Numbered from the stretch's first letter, positions 1 through 13,096 are shown. The stretch: 64,000 bases of DNA from Adineta vaga (GCA_021613535.1 CP075493.1:13950001-14014000); one strand, 5' to 3'. Notes: a model not told the origin generated them from the sequence alone. Program-made: numbers and translations.

Positions 1-174
1 GGTTGTAGTTGAATATGTTGTTGTACGAATTTTTCTAGAAAAAAAGTAGTAGATAAATTCAGAGTAATAAAGTAATCGAAATGATCGTCGAAAGGAAAAA
101 TTCTTGAATGTCATAGGAAAATATCGATGGTATTCTTTCGGTAAAATATTCTCAAAAAAGTATTTTCACAAAAC

Positions 175-462
175 CTACCAAGCACAAGCAGGAGCGCAAA
201 TCTCATAGAAATCCCCACCACGACTAGTACAATTACCCTCATTAAGAAGACAACAAACAATCGGATTATGTGGACAAGGAACGCAAGTACCACACCCACA
301 CTCATAAGCAAAATTACTAGGTACTGGAACACACATCATGCCTCGTATGCTTGAAATATTGCTTGGTCGTTCAATAGAATACGTAAGAGAGGCACCTGAA
401 ATCATTGTAATGATGAAAAATAAAAATAAAGTTAAGCGGAAAGCTAAACTATCAGCAGTCAT
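175..462 (-). CDS. Small secreted cysteine-rich peptide (95 aa)
   Basis: Hydrophobic N-terminus (LAFRLTLFLFFIITMISGA) followed by a mature region with 10 Cys (C..CGCGTCVPC..CC..C..C..C). Confidence 0.5.
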   Translation of the reverse strand: MTADSLAFRLTLFLFFIITMISGASLTYSIERPSNISSIRGMMCVPVPSNFAYECGCGTCVPCPHNPIVCCLLNEGNCTSRGGDFYEICAPACAW

Positions 463-1241
463 TTGTAATAATTCCGGTTATAACTGTAATTTAACAATTA
501 CGTTTCAAAATGTTCTCTGTAGTGTCCGTCTTCTTATATATTATGTATGGAGCAGAAGAGAGAAAATAGCTTGGCTTAAATAACAGCGAAAGTCATCACA
601 TAAATCTATTGCGAGCAAATCACCAAGAAAAAGAGTTACAGTAAATATCCGTATTATTTTCATCTTTTGATATTCATGACAAACCATCGAACAGACCAAC
701 TGATATTTACTAAGTATGAACTAATCCGTTAACCTGAACTTTTACTTCTCAGCGACTGGCTTCATGTCAGAATTCGATACATCAGAAACGTAAATGCTGA
801 GTTTAAATTCGGCGGCGCATTTTGTGTTATTTATTGGGCCGAAACCCACTCATCAGGTTTCTATATCACAAATACCAGAAGGCGTACGAGAAAACCGGAT
901 CGTTTTTTTAATATTCAAAAATATGATGGTAAATGGATTGAGAATTTGATTTGGATGAAAATTAAACTTATCTATACTATTGAGAATTCCATAATAGAAA
1001 GGTCTAAAGATATACTTTGGCCCAGATAATACAAGTCGTTGCTTAACACCTCTTCAAAAAGACTTAAAAATACACAGATACATTTTACTAACTTTTTCTT
1101 TTCGAGTATAGAATCGATACAAGAAAACAGAAGTACAAAAATATAAGTGGTCAATCATATAGGCAAAGAATTAAACTAATAAGGAATAAGGAGGATTATC
1201 GGATATCAAGAGTAAAACAATTTCTCAAATTCTCAAGATAA

Positions 1242-1845
1242 ATGCAGAAAAAAACGATGCATGTACATGAATCTGTGAAAAATTCCATCATAAAAGAGAG
1301 AATAAGGAATTCAATTGTTTGTGCTCTTATGATTCATCAAAAAAAGTGCACAATTAGTCACAAGCATGTATACGTTGGAAAAGAAAACAGTAAACGAGTG
1401 AAAGTAAATTTGCGAATGCATTTATAGAAGATGATGAATCCATCAATACAACCGGTTTCAAGGATCATCAAGGAACGTTATCCATCTTGGAGATCACTAG
1501 GTTTATCCTCAATTTATTTTTAGAATGAAAAGTATAAATTACTAAAAGAAATTTCTATTATAGTCACTCGTGAATGTTCTGTTTGTTTACAAGACAAAAT
1601 ATTTGAATACTACGTATGTAGCATGTCCAGATTGTAATTCAGGACAATTTCATGATCAAGACCCTTCTGCTCGTTGTGAAGTTATTTGTATGAAATGTAA
1701 AAGAGGAACATGTTCATTTCATGGTGTTCGCTGGCATAAAAGAATGACATGTGAACGCAATACGAAGAAAAAACAAATGATATTCAATCAAAGAAATGGA
1801 TGGAAAAGAATACACAACAATCTCCGGTTGGGAATGTTTAGCTGA
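1242..1845 (+). pseudogene. Degraded RBR (RING-IBR-RING) E3 ligase
   Basis: IBR-like motif CPDCNSGQFH...VICMKCKRGTCSFHGVRWHKRMTC at about 1620-1755; flanking RING-like parts are broken by stops and frameshifts. Confidence 0.55.
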
Positions 1846-2523
1846 TTATAAACAAATTGTTCACAACGGGGACCTCGGAAACATAGAAGAATATTTCAAT
1901 TCTCATAAATGTTAAAAGCTGAGAAGCAAATATGATAAAGTATTCACAGCGATTGTATTGAAAACGAATCTTATGCCAAAAAAACACAGCTGATTGATTG
2001 GTAGACAATTTTTCAATAAGATAAAATTATATTGATTCAGTATAATTAATACGACTCTTATATCAATACCTATGTTCACTCAAATATTTGAATCCATATG
2101 CACTAAAGATTAAACAATGAATTATATTCCAAAAAATCGACAACATAGGTTAATTAGAAACAGAATTAAATAAGGAAATTAAAAAGAAATATCAGCTATA
2201 TAATTTTCTGATTGAGTGATATATTCACATCTACATACCAAATTGATACTGATGAAAAGTATTTTCTAGCTCAGAATTTGATTTATATCGTAATTCGTAT
2301 TGTCGCGTTTTTTATTTTTGAGGTTTTCATCATCAAAATAACTGTTTCTTCTATCGAAAAAGATTCATAATGCATCTGTTCTTTTTTCTCTTAGTTTTTA
2401 AATACCATCCAAACAGTAATATTTTATCTCTTCCTCATAAATCAGTTTCGCAACATTGAGATATCTTTATTTAAACATATTTCCATCACGAGTTTAAGCC
2501 TCACACTCTCAAAATCTTTCCTT

Positions 2524-3108
2524 TTATCCATTTTTGCCTCGACTAACGACTGCTAATCCAAGTAAATAGATTGATTCCGGTACTTGATCAGAATATAAAT
2601 CCAATTGATATTTAAATTTCCATGAAAACCATCGTCTTTGAGATTGAGCTAATAATTCGTTTCGAGATGAATCAATAATATCCAGTGTCCATGAAGCGAT
2701 GAAATTATTAATTATTGAAAGATGATATCCGTTCCATTCAATAGAATAATTTGTCGATAACCATTGTGGATGTTGAATTATCTTTCCATCTATCCATTGA
2801 TTCGATGTAGTATTACGAATTGAAATCTTTGCTTCGTATGATGTTCCTCTTGTTTTACTTCGAAGTTTAGCAATGCTTTTTTTCGATGGATAACTAACAA
2901 GTTTCATATTATCTTGAAAATCATAATTTGATTCAATTCGATAATAAAGATCTTTTTCTGTTTTGTTATAAACTGAATATTCAGGTGCTTTAAATCCATT
3001 GAAATAATCTCGAATTAATACATAGGTCATGTAACTTGGATGTTTTATTTCCAAAGTTAAAAGAGAAGATGTTGATAGAAGTAATAGTGAACAAACAAAT
3101 AGAAACAT
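2524..3108 (-). CDS. LURP-one/Tubby C-terminal-like (scramblase-fold) protein with signal peptide
   Basis: First ATG at 3108 (MFLFVCSLLLLSTSSLL, signal-like). C-terminus LLAQSQRRWFSWKFKYQLDLYSDQVPESIYLLGLAV resembles the LURP-one consensus (vA.i.kkwfsw.dtY.ldv....d.alilal). Confidence 0.6.
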   Translation of the reverse strand: MFLFVCSLLLLSTSSLLTLEIKHPSYMTYVLIRDYFNGFKAPEYSVYNKTEKDLYYRIESNYDFQDNMKLVSYPSKKSIAKLRSKTRGTSYEAKISIRNTTSNQWIDGKIIQHPQWLSTNYSIEWNGYHLSIINNFIASWTLDIIDSSRNELLAQSQRRWFSWKFKYQLDLYSDQVPESIYLLGLAVVSRGKNG

Positions 3109-3609
3109 TGATGTAATCACTTGGATACAATCAATCGTTGAGTTTTTGTATAGATGTATGCATGAAAGAGAATGTGTGATTATATTAATCGTTTTTTCTT
3201 GCTATTCTTATCAGAATAATTAAATCTATTCAATGCTTATTTTTATTCTATGTATCATATTCCATTATTCAATTGTAGTGAATACTTTTTCAATCCAAAA
3301 TGTTTTATTATGTTTGATTTCGAACATAGGAAAATGCATTTACAGATAAAAAACGAGGCGCAGAAACTGAAAAAATACGATTAATCAGATGTATTGGTAG
3401 TTTGATTCATTTTTGTATATTACTACTGCGTGATATTATTAATTAAATGTCAAACATAACATCGACACAATTGTATTAGTTGAAAAGAACAGAGAGGATG
3501 TAAAATAGAGACCTAATCTTTATCTTAAATTGTTTTATATCGTTGCTCTCATATATAAACAGTAGTGTAGATTAAATAAAATGACTTGTAATCCGTGGAC
3601 TAGATAAAA

Positions 3610-4294
3610 ATGAGTGCCCTGTCCAATTGCATGGAGAAACGTACTAGTTTAATATTTGTAATGGATTCTGAACTCAATAAGACAGTAAATGCGTTGAGTA
3701 TTCCGAAACCGGCCACGATCTTTTTCTCTGATGACCAATGGTGGTACGAATTAAGAGAGAACGAAGATTTTACCAAAGAATTACAGCGTCGAACAGAATG
3801 TTTCAATCAGTTGAAGAGATCTGCGGTTAATATTCAGTTTGCATTAGGACCATTCGGTAAGAAATATTTTGTTACTTTTCAGTTGTGAAATATATCATTT
3901 AGACTTTCAAAAGATTAACCTCCGTATTCAATATTCTCAAAACGAGAATCGATTTTCATATTTGATCACGTCGATTAATGACAGAAAATGGGTGAATCCT
4001 ATCGGAGGAATTCGTAGTCCTAACGTTAGTTACAGTGAATCATTTAGACGTCTATTATATGAATCATTTTAGGTTATAACGCATATGCAATTTGTGGAAC
4101 AGGGCATACTTGAGGGTGCTTATATTAATGCAAATGAACAATTTGATGATCCATCGAATCCTGAGAGGAAATACATACCAACACAATACGGTGGATTTTT
4201 ATATTTGTTCAATAAAGATAAATCAGCACATGATCAAGATTGTTATTTTGAACTGATACCAATCATGCTTGGAGAAACAGAATCAAATGGATAG
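3610..4294 (+). CDS. Three-exon hypothetical protein
   Basis: ORF pieces join in frame through GT-AG introns 3857-3902 and 4025-4072 (..GPF-D-FQKINL..SPN-VITHMQF..). No recognised domain. Confidence 0.6.
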
Positions 4295-4929
4295 TAAATT
4301 ATTTTGATATATATTTGACTGAATATTTTATTAAAAATACGCAGATTTTTAACGGTTTCTCTTGCACCTATAGATAGAAAGTTAAAAGATTACTTATAAT
4401 TGCTTTCACATGTTTCACACAAAGAATGGATAAATGTATCAAAGGAATGAGTACACTATCGTTTACACGTTCGAGGTATGACATCATTTTCAAAAGCACT
4501 CTCCATCGCTAACAACAGATGTTAGAGGCAGAATTACGATTGGTATCTTATAAAAAATTCGGTGTCACAAATCATACGATGACAACTGATCCATAGGTTA
4601 TCTGCAGTGAAATTTCGATTTGTATAAAATCTTTTCGAACCTATATTAAGTGCTTCTTTTTTATTAGTAAGCGTAATCTTTGTATGTTTTCTGTCATTTA
4701 GAGCCTTAAAATAGCGAATTAAAACGAAAAAATCAATAGAATAGACCAGACTATTGAATGTAACTCATTTATATTTAGTAAACTCAATTGCCTTGGAGCA
4801 TTTATTGCACATATAGTCGATCCGAAAAGAATGTGACAAAATACTTAAGTGTAACCGCGGCGCCGAATCGATCTTCAATGCTTTCAAAGTATTTCAAACC
4901 ACTTCAGACCGTTTTTTATTTGAAATATC

Positions 4930-5458
4930 AAGATTGATTGCTATATTGATTATGAATTTTATAATTCAGGACAATGTCATGTTTATTCACTTCCATTCTA
5001 TATGGAACGTATGTCCCATATCACACACAACTTGCCTAGCGGTATGTTTATCAATGTTCGTGTTCTACATATCTCTTCCATTCGAACATAAATTCTTTGC
5101 CAAAATTTCCAATTCATTTCCATTACTTCGTCGTTTGAAACTTGGCAATGATAACAAATAGAAAGAAAAACATGAAGATAAATCTTCGATCATTCATTTT
5201 TTGCATCTTGTCGAACTTGAATGTTTCAGCGTTCATTTTGACTATGTCGATCAATTTCTATGTGAATCAAATACACGACTCCCTTGTTTGAACAAGATTT
5301 GTATTCCATATAAAAAATTGGCATATGTAACCGAAAATTTTCCAAAAAATACAACGCGTCTAAACTGTGATCAATTAAAACATATTGTTTTCAATCAAAA
5401 AATGGCGCTAGTACATTTGAAAACTATTATCTCTATTTTTCTTCATTGTTGTAAATGA
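4930..5458 (+). pseudogene. Relic of rotifer-type F-box/LRR-like protein (C-terminal part)
   Basis: PFEHKFFAKISNSFPLLRRL and HLVELE...VHFDYVDQFL...TRLPCL motifs typical of this expanded family; fragmented by stops. Confidence 0.5.
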
Positions 5459-5702
5459 ACTTTTTCTCTGTTGAATAGCATAAATATGTGGCTCACTTTG
5501 ATAACAGATGTTCGATTATTGGTTTAGTGAATAATAACAAGAGCAATGTTTACGTTTCCCAATTAATCATTTAAGCCTCACATCAAATTCATATTTTGTA
5601 TACTACGTTCCACGATGAATGCAATCACCACCAATATTATTACTCTAACAAAATATACAACCATATCGTATACAAATATTTTTTCAAACCACATTTAAAT
5701 TT

Positions 5703-5748
5703 GAGGGTGCGGAGTCAAGATATCTCGTCTTTACCCACACCCACACCC
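5703..5748. repeat. Telomere-like (TGTGGG/CCCACA) short hairpin element, copy 1
   Basis: GAGGGTGCGGAGT-caagatatctcgtcttt-ACCCACACCCACACCC. Confidence 0.6.
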
Positions 5749-6016
5749 ATACCGTATTAATACATCTGACATTTATTATTTTCATAGTGATCTTTCTTTT
5801 TTTTGTTTTTGTTTTACATGATATAATGGTGCAAATTAGAAGCATGGATCTCTTCATGCATAGCACGATTAAAGAAAGGAAAAAAAGATAGAAAAAGGAG
5901 TGAAACACAGATATGAAGTGTCAGTTGTGTTTATATGGGAATAAATACGAATTATAGAATATAAACGCTGTTTTATTTCTTATTCGCAGAGTATATTTGT
6001 GTAACATTTAATTAAT

Positions 6017-6864
6017 ATGGATTTCCATCATTTACGTGCTATTATATTGAAACTTCAAGATACTCTTAGTGATAATGATCGACGACGTTTGCATTTTTTC
6101 TTGGGAAATGATGTTCCATGACGATTTCGAGATGATCCAATATTAAGTGGAACTCTAAGTATGATGGAATCTCTTTTTGATCAAGATAAAATCAATGAAC
6201 AAGATTTCACTTTTCTAATCAATGCATTCGACGAAATTCAGTGTATGGATGCTGTGAAACTTCTAAGAGGTTAGTTTTGATACTAATTAATCAATTTGTT
6301 ATCATTTCCGATTGCGTAGAACACACCAGACGAATGCAGATGAATGGTGTAAATGAATCCACACAGAGTTTAACATCCATTTTACTCGGTGATCAAGAAG
6401 AAGATAAATATGTTACACATAGTCGTAAGTAAAAGCAATCTTTTTTTTGATTTTGCATATATTTAAATTTTAGTTGTTGATAATCAATCGAATATTCAAA
6501 GGGTGAAGAACGCGAGTCCAGTGACAACTACTATAAATACTCTATTTATCGAACCAGAACGAGAACAGATGCTACTCAATCCGGCACCAAAAATAAAGAC
6601 GTCTTTGTTATTTTTTATTCTATTATTAATTCTTGGATTGGTAGCAGTAACATGCATTCTTATTATTCAAATTAGTCGATTAACAACAAAAATAGAAACC
6701 AAAGATATTTCAAATAACAAACAAGAAACAAAACACAACAAGCCATTTGAAGAAAGGAAAACGAATATCATTGAGATTTCTGATTTGCAATTCGACAAAA
6801 ATAGTTCAACAGAAATATTTCAACGAATATCAACAACATCGATCAACTTTGAGCAATCTCCTAG
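6017..6864 (+). pseudogene. Death-effector-domain (DED)-like type II membrane protein with premature stop
   Basis: ATG 6017: MDFHHLRAIILKLQDTLSDNDRRRLHFFLGNDVP*RFRDD...LSMMESLFDQDKINEQDFTFLINAFDEIQCMDAVKLL (DED-like). In-frame TGA at 6119-6121. Introns at about 6270-6319 and 6425-6473 lead to TM segment LLFFILLLILGLVAVTCILII. Donor GTAAGT at 6865 has no evident downstream exon. Confidence 0.7.
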
Positions 6865-7161
6865 TAAGTGAAATGCAGTACTATATTTGTAGGGTGTGAT
6901 AGCATGATTTAGAAGGATAACGATGGAGAAACGTCCACATCCTAATTAGATTTTAGTGTGCGTATGTAATTGAACTATACTGTGTAGCGATTATAGTGGT
7001 ACAGGATTAAAAGATATTGCCAGTGAACTTACTGAAGAATGAAAATTTTCGAAAGAAAAATGAGAGCCATCTACTTAGTGATAAATGTGTATGGATATGT
7101 TTGAAAATATTTAGTTGCTAATAAAATTTAAAAAGAAGGAATGTTTAATTAGGTTCTTTGT

Positions 7162-8924
7162 TCAATTGAAGATAATATTGCATGTATCGCCATTCTCTTT
7201 CTGCTTCTGAACACCCTTAAAATCAAAGCCCATTATTTCCCATTGGCTACTATCAGGTGAAAATGTATTATACCACCATTGTGATTCAGGTAATAAACCA
7301 GGATGATTGTCTGTCACACGCACCATTAAACCTGTACAAACAATTGTAGAATTAGGATCATTAAAATCCATAACTGGTTTTCCTTTTGAATCAATAAGCC
7401 ATTCTATAACGTCATTGTTTATATTAGGATCAATAATAGCATCGTATGTTCCAAGTGTTTCTCGACCAATCGTTTTTATATTATCAGGATGTACACGACA
7501 TTGTAATATAAATTGAACATATTTTCCATCCTTAAAAAAGTTTTGCTCATTGATTGATTCAATCTTTTTAATTTCAGAATATCTTGGATGAGCTGTATAG
7601 ATAATTGATTGACTAGCATATATACCTTCGCCATGTGCTATTACTTTAGCTGGTTTTAATCCACTTAACAATATTGATAGACCATAAGCAAATTTTGTTC
7701 CATGGTAACATACAGACCATCCTTTAAATTTTTCATAAAAGTTATCAGTAATGTAGAAAGAAAATCTTTGCCATCCAATAGGACAAAAATATGGGTAGGA
7801 ACTTCGATCTCGACCGTCTTGAAGAGTACCATTCCAATAGTTATGAGTGCTATCATAGATATAATTCCATTCCGGATGTAAGGTGATTTGCGAACGAAAT
7901 TTTAGTGTTTCATCCAATGTTTCTATATCACCCATGTACATGAACAAAACTTTTAGCATACCTAACATTTTAAGCAGTTTATCTGTAAGTGAATGATAGA
8001 GAGCTTTGATCTGAATTACTTTCTCACTACCAGCAAATTTTTCGAAAATATTAAATGCGACTTTGACACAACCACTTTGTATTTTGCTGATAGTAATATC
8101 ATCGATGTTTAATATATTGCGAATGTTATTTAAGAATGATTCCGCATCAAAGTCATCGGCTTTTTGATCGATAACACATACCAATGAGGCTGTTGCTAAC
8201 TCAAAGCCGTCATAGAATATTTTATCCGAGACAGATACTAGTGGCATTTGTGTTATATCATAGTATTGTTGACATTTTTTGTAATATGCTTTTTCATCGA
8301 CCGGTAGTGGTTCTGTAGACCATATACTAGGTTCTTCTGGTGGTTTGTCATCTGAATCTTCCGCTTGTACATCTATAGCTATTAATGAAAAGTAGTGAAC
8401 TAGTTCAAATGATTTACTTTCAATCGAATATTTTCAAGCACGCTAAAAAATAACTCGCACAAACTTTTGACATACGTACTGAGAGAAATTGGTAGTGGTG
8501 ATGGCACTGATTCTGGCCTCGTTGATGGTACTGGTGATGGCACTAATTCTGGCCTCGTTGGTGGTACTGGTGATAGTACTGGTGATGTTGCTGGTGATGG
8601 TACTGATGTTGACGATGATCGAGAGAGTGACGATGATGGTAGGTCTGGAAGAGGTACTGGCGACGGTGTTGGGGGTAATGATGGAAGTGGCTTTCTAATT
8701 AGTTTAGCGTTAGAGTAATGTCTCATTATTTCATCACGTCGTGCCAGTGCCAACTTGTCGATCTGAATCTCAAGATCTTCCATACGATTTGCGCGTCTTT
8801 TTTCAGACGTTAAATCATCCCTTTGTTGATTGTACGTCACCGATAATAAAGATCCACGCGATTCTGTGATATCATCGCTGAGTCGGTAAATTTTTTTTAA
8901 TCGTTTTTCTGCTGCCCTATCCAT
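7162..8924 (-). CDS. PARP-like (NEURL4 C-terminal type) ADP-ribosyltransferase domain protein with Pro-rich linker, 2 exons
   Basis: Exon 1 8924-8480, phase-1 intron, exon 2 from about 8378. Motifs YFCPIGWQRF, WSVCYHGT (H), GEGIYAS (Y), QFILQCRV and VIEW (E) give the H-Y-E ART triad. Confidence 0.8.
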
Positions 8925-9747
8925 ATTTTTCTCTCTAAAAAAGAAGTTTGGATAAAATCTAATAACAATCTAAAAACATCGTTTTGCGATAAAATGCTCG
9001 AAAACACATGTCGTGCTTTGCGGTTATATCAAATACAAAATGATGTTCTCGTTCTCTATTTGCCTTTTATAATTAAGAATATCGAAGCAAAGCTTATCAG
9101 TTAAAAACATTATTTATCTCACGAAAGAGAACAATAAAGAAGTCGGTAATAAAGAAGAATTTCGCAGAAAGAATACGAAAAAATGACAAACTATCGGTTG
9201 ACTTGAATTGCTACTCTCATTTGCCTATCAATGGGTTCGAATCGGAGATAAGAATCTTGAATCTATGCTCACTATCTAGTTCAATCAAGGATATTGAAAT
9301 AATTTTTCCAACATCGCAGATGGAAAAATCCAATTTGGTTATAAAAGGAGAGAGAGAGGACGCATGAAACATGAAAATGGTTTTCCATCTGTTTTTTTTC
9401 CTCTTTTTTTATACAGAATATTTTCTCGGCGTCTTTCGTCTCCTTTTTTTCTGCAAGAAAAACTTCAACATAACATTAAAACTACGTTTATAATTAATGT
9501 GAAGTAAGGATGTCGACAAGAAAATGTAGAAGAACACTGAAGAAAAGAGGAAAACCATGGAGAATGAGAAGTCAGATATGACATAAAGATGAATAGAAAA
9601 ATGGAGAAATAGCTTCTTTCGAGATGAAGTAGTAAACAGTGCATAGGCATCAATAGTTAGGAAGAGATCAACTTATCGTGCTAGATGTATTGGTACCGGG
9701 GAGCGACTACATGATTATTCGTTATTTCCATATAAGATATTACTACC

Positions 9748-10345
9748 ATGACCAATCGGATAGTTCTACCTTGTACAACATTATTTCTAGTAATAGTAAA
9801 AACACTCAATGATAAACAAACGTTTTCAATGGAGAGAACATCGAATTCCATAATCATCTCAAACATTCGATTGAATTAGTTGTTTCAGCAAATACTGTTC
9901 CATTTCGACACCTAGCTACAATTCCTGCAACGTAAATCGAATATAAAAGACTAAATTATATCTAATATTTTTATATTTCACATAGAAAAGCGTTTTCCTC
10001 TCATTGCACACCAGGATTTTTCGGACATTTTAAACATACTATGACCGATAGAGCGGCGACATTATTCGAAATTTCAGTTGGAATATCTGATGGAAATACT
10101 TATTACGATTTAAGTGTTACTGATGGTTTCAATGTACCAATGAAAGTTTATGCACCAGACGGGTAATTCATTTTCAATTGAATATTCTTTTTTTTCTTAT
10201 ATATTATTAAGAGCTTATCTATTTTAGAACAAAAATTCAAGAATTACATTCGCGAGCTCCAGACGCTTTTCTTCATTCAGTAGACGATTCAAAACTACAT
10301 GTTCTGAAAGGAGACGGAAAATTCATCATTGTTTTTGAATCGTAA
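9748..10345 (+). CDS. Small thaumatin-like (PR-5) protein, nearly cysteine-free; 5' end uncertain
   Basis: Exons ~9837-9931, 9986-10162 and 10228-10345 splice in frame: ..ATLFEISVGISDGNTYYDLSVTDGFNVPMKV..APDAFLHSVDDSKLH..FIIVFES*. This matches thaumatin motifs ATLaEf / fYDvSlvDGFNvPm / PdAy...DD. The signal-like start at 9748 needs a frameshift or weak intron to join. Confidence 0.7.
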
Positions 10346-10667
10346 ACGAGTGATTTTTGTTTTATGTAATACTTAAAACTAAAAATCTAAGTGATAATTT
10401 CATTATTGATCAATCGAAAGCTAACAAAGCTGTCTACAAGAAGAAAAAAACATACTTAGATTAACCATCGTCATATTTTTATTACAAAACGATTTGATTA
10501 TAATAGTAATACTGTACAGTAAAATCAAAGGAAAAAGTTCACGTGATGATATCAAGATACTTTTTGCTTTCGATGGTTTTCCTCTGCATAGCTCATTCAT
10601 TTTTTTACAATCTCAGCTAAAATGTTTGATCAAATTTAAAAAAATATTTATTTACATAAGAAAGAAC

Positions 10668-11752
10668 TCACTTGTATGAACATGATTGATGAAATCGATT
10701 TTGACGATATCGTAATTGAGGCAACTTTGTAGTAAGTAATAATATTTTGTGTTTGATCTGTTCTGTCACGTGCAATGAAATTTTTAAATCAGTTGATTGT
10801 ATCATGTTCTTGTTCAATAATGTGTCATAGATTGGATTGAGTGGTTCTATGATTGTTTTATAATCTAGCATGTACATAAGTCCATCAATGAGCCTTTTTG
10901 ACGAATCAGATATCGTTTTCAGACGATCATTAATCAGTTGAAATTGTTCACTAAGTGCATTGGCTATTATTCGTGTTTTATGTTCTTGTAAAGTGATATT
11001 GAGTTCTATCAATTACTGCGAACTATTCATTAGTTGAGATTGAGCTGCATTGTAATCAGGACTTTTATCTTTTAACCATTTCTCCCGTTCTTCTAAGTTT
11101 TCCGTGGCCTTCTCGGTACGATTTGAGTTTGACCGGGGAAACGGAAAGTATCCAGAACTGAGACTACACACTGGTCTTCCATAGATTCTGGAATGATGTG
11201 AATGTCGATCATTGTGTCTACCGAAAATATCACTACCATGATTATGACAGAATCGGTAATGTCTCCTGTAGGAAAAATCTATGTCTTTTGAGTTTGAATA
11301 GTAATTAAGACTACTATTTGCTGTTTTCACACTATAAGCTTTGCATCCTGCACATTCTGTCGTGCTTTTTCGACAGTATTATTGGACTCATTCATGAATA
11401 TAGTAGTTTCTCTTGTTTCATTTTCCAATTGTGATACTGATTCAAGTAATTGATCGACGCTCATATTAGTTTGACCAATAATCATCTTATTGGCTTGTGT
11501 TGCTTGCTGCATATTTAAATGTATTTCTTGAACTGTACAGTAAAATTCATGAGTCAAATTAGAAAGTGAATGAGTAACATGTGTTAAATTAACATTCATC
11601 AATTTATTCACAATATTCGATTTCAATAAGGTAACAGCATGTTGGTAAGATAATATAACTGTGCCTTCGAATTGAGATGCACTTGAATTGATCCCATTTT
11701 GGCACTGAACAACGATGGGAAATAAGAAAAGAATGATATAATACAATATCAT
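10668..11752 (-). pseudogene. Secreted coiled-coil protein, disrupted (frameshift near 11330, stop at 11013-11015)
   Basis: Signal peptide MILYYIILFLFPIVVQC. Three abutting ORFs of helical composition. Confidence 0.6.
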
Positions 11753-13096
11753 TTTTTATTTTGAATTCAATTAAAACATCGTTTCGTGTTTTATACTTCG
11801 ATGAAATAGTTGTTAATTCGATTCGTTACGCAGATAAGATTAAAGAGCATATTGCTCATGAGAAAAAGAATTATATTTCAAAATTTAAATTACTTTTTCA
11901 TTATATCTTCTCTCATATATAGTTACATCGTTTACGTAAGAAACCTGAGAAAACAAAAAGGGAGATTATCTTGTTCTTCTGTGCTCATGCATTCTATGAG
12001 ATCTCATAGTTTTCTTAAATGACGCTCGTCGACGTCTTTGCGGTTTCCAAATTCCGACTTCTCAATGTTAAACATTAAATTAATTTTATTTTCTATCTGT
12101 TTAGTCAGTTTTAAGCAAATCTTCAATGTCTGATCTTTCACTGTTCACTCATAACAGATATATCTGTCGACGCATATTCATTACAACTTAGATTCATAGT
12201 TAGTACTATCAGCCAATATCTCATTTGACGTTCAGGCTTGAAGGTTACAAGAATAGATATAGAATATAGACCCATCGAAACAGAATGAGAGATATTCTTG
12301 AAAACGATTCTTTATTTCGACGTTTTATTGAGAATATTTTTTTAAAGAGAATCACATACGTGTATAGCCAAGAGTTAGGAAATTTGATTTTTTGATATTG
12401 CTGAACCTCTGTTTCTTCGAGAATAAAAGAAAAGTTCATCAAGTTCTCTTTTTGTAGAGCATTGCGTTACAAAATTGCACCAATTTTCATTCTTCTCATC
12501 GAGAACAATTTAATATCGTTTTTTTCAAACTTCTAATACAGTGAAATAAATGGATATTATATGTTAACTCAGTGATTCCGAGCGGGGAAAAGGATTAATA
12601 AAATTGCGTAAAAACATTTTTTTTTCTATATTTGTATGATTTCAAAACTTTCGCATGCATAGATGTGATAGAAACAAACTGTTAGTATTGTAAAAATTTG
12701 ATTAACAATTCGGAATTGTCACTGTATGATTCAATGAATAAGAAAAATGGAATAATTTTTTTTCAAATGCTTGACGGAAAAGCCCTGAAGTGAAATTACT
12801 TAGAATCAATCAATAAGGAAAATAAAAGAACTTTTTTCAAAAGATTTCACGGGAAAAAACATCGAAAGAATTTACTTACGATCAATTAATAAAAAAAACA
12901 TGGTTACTAATATGAACAGAAATGGTAACAATAAACACATTGCTAACACATATATATAAGCGACACGTAATTTTATTTGACGTTCAAATAGTATTTAACA
13001 ATCAATATTTTCGAGAACATTCAATACAATAAATTTAACATGATCGTCTGTATCGAAATCTTTTTCTGTTATTCATTTGATTTGATTTATTTTTAG

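Noticed and set aside
6119-6121. Selenocysteine or alternative genetic code explanation for in-frame stops
   Set aside because: The stops are of mixed types (TGA, TAA), not at Cys-like positions, and intact genes use standard stops. Ordinary nonsense mutation or sequencing error is simpler.
8467-8718. Gly/Asp-rich and hydrophobic + strand ORFs
   Set aside because: Antisense shadows of the Pro-rich linker of the ART gene.
9480-9711. Possible LTR fragment ending ..CGACTACA upstream of the thaumatin-like gene
   Set aside because: The other terminus and a TSD are not identifiable.
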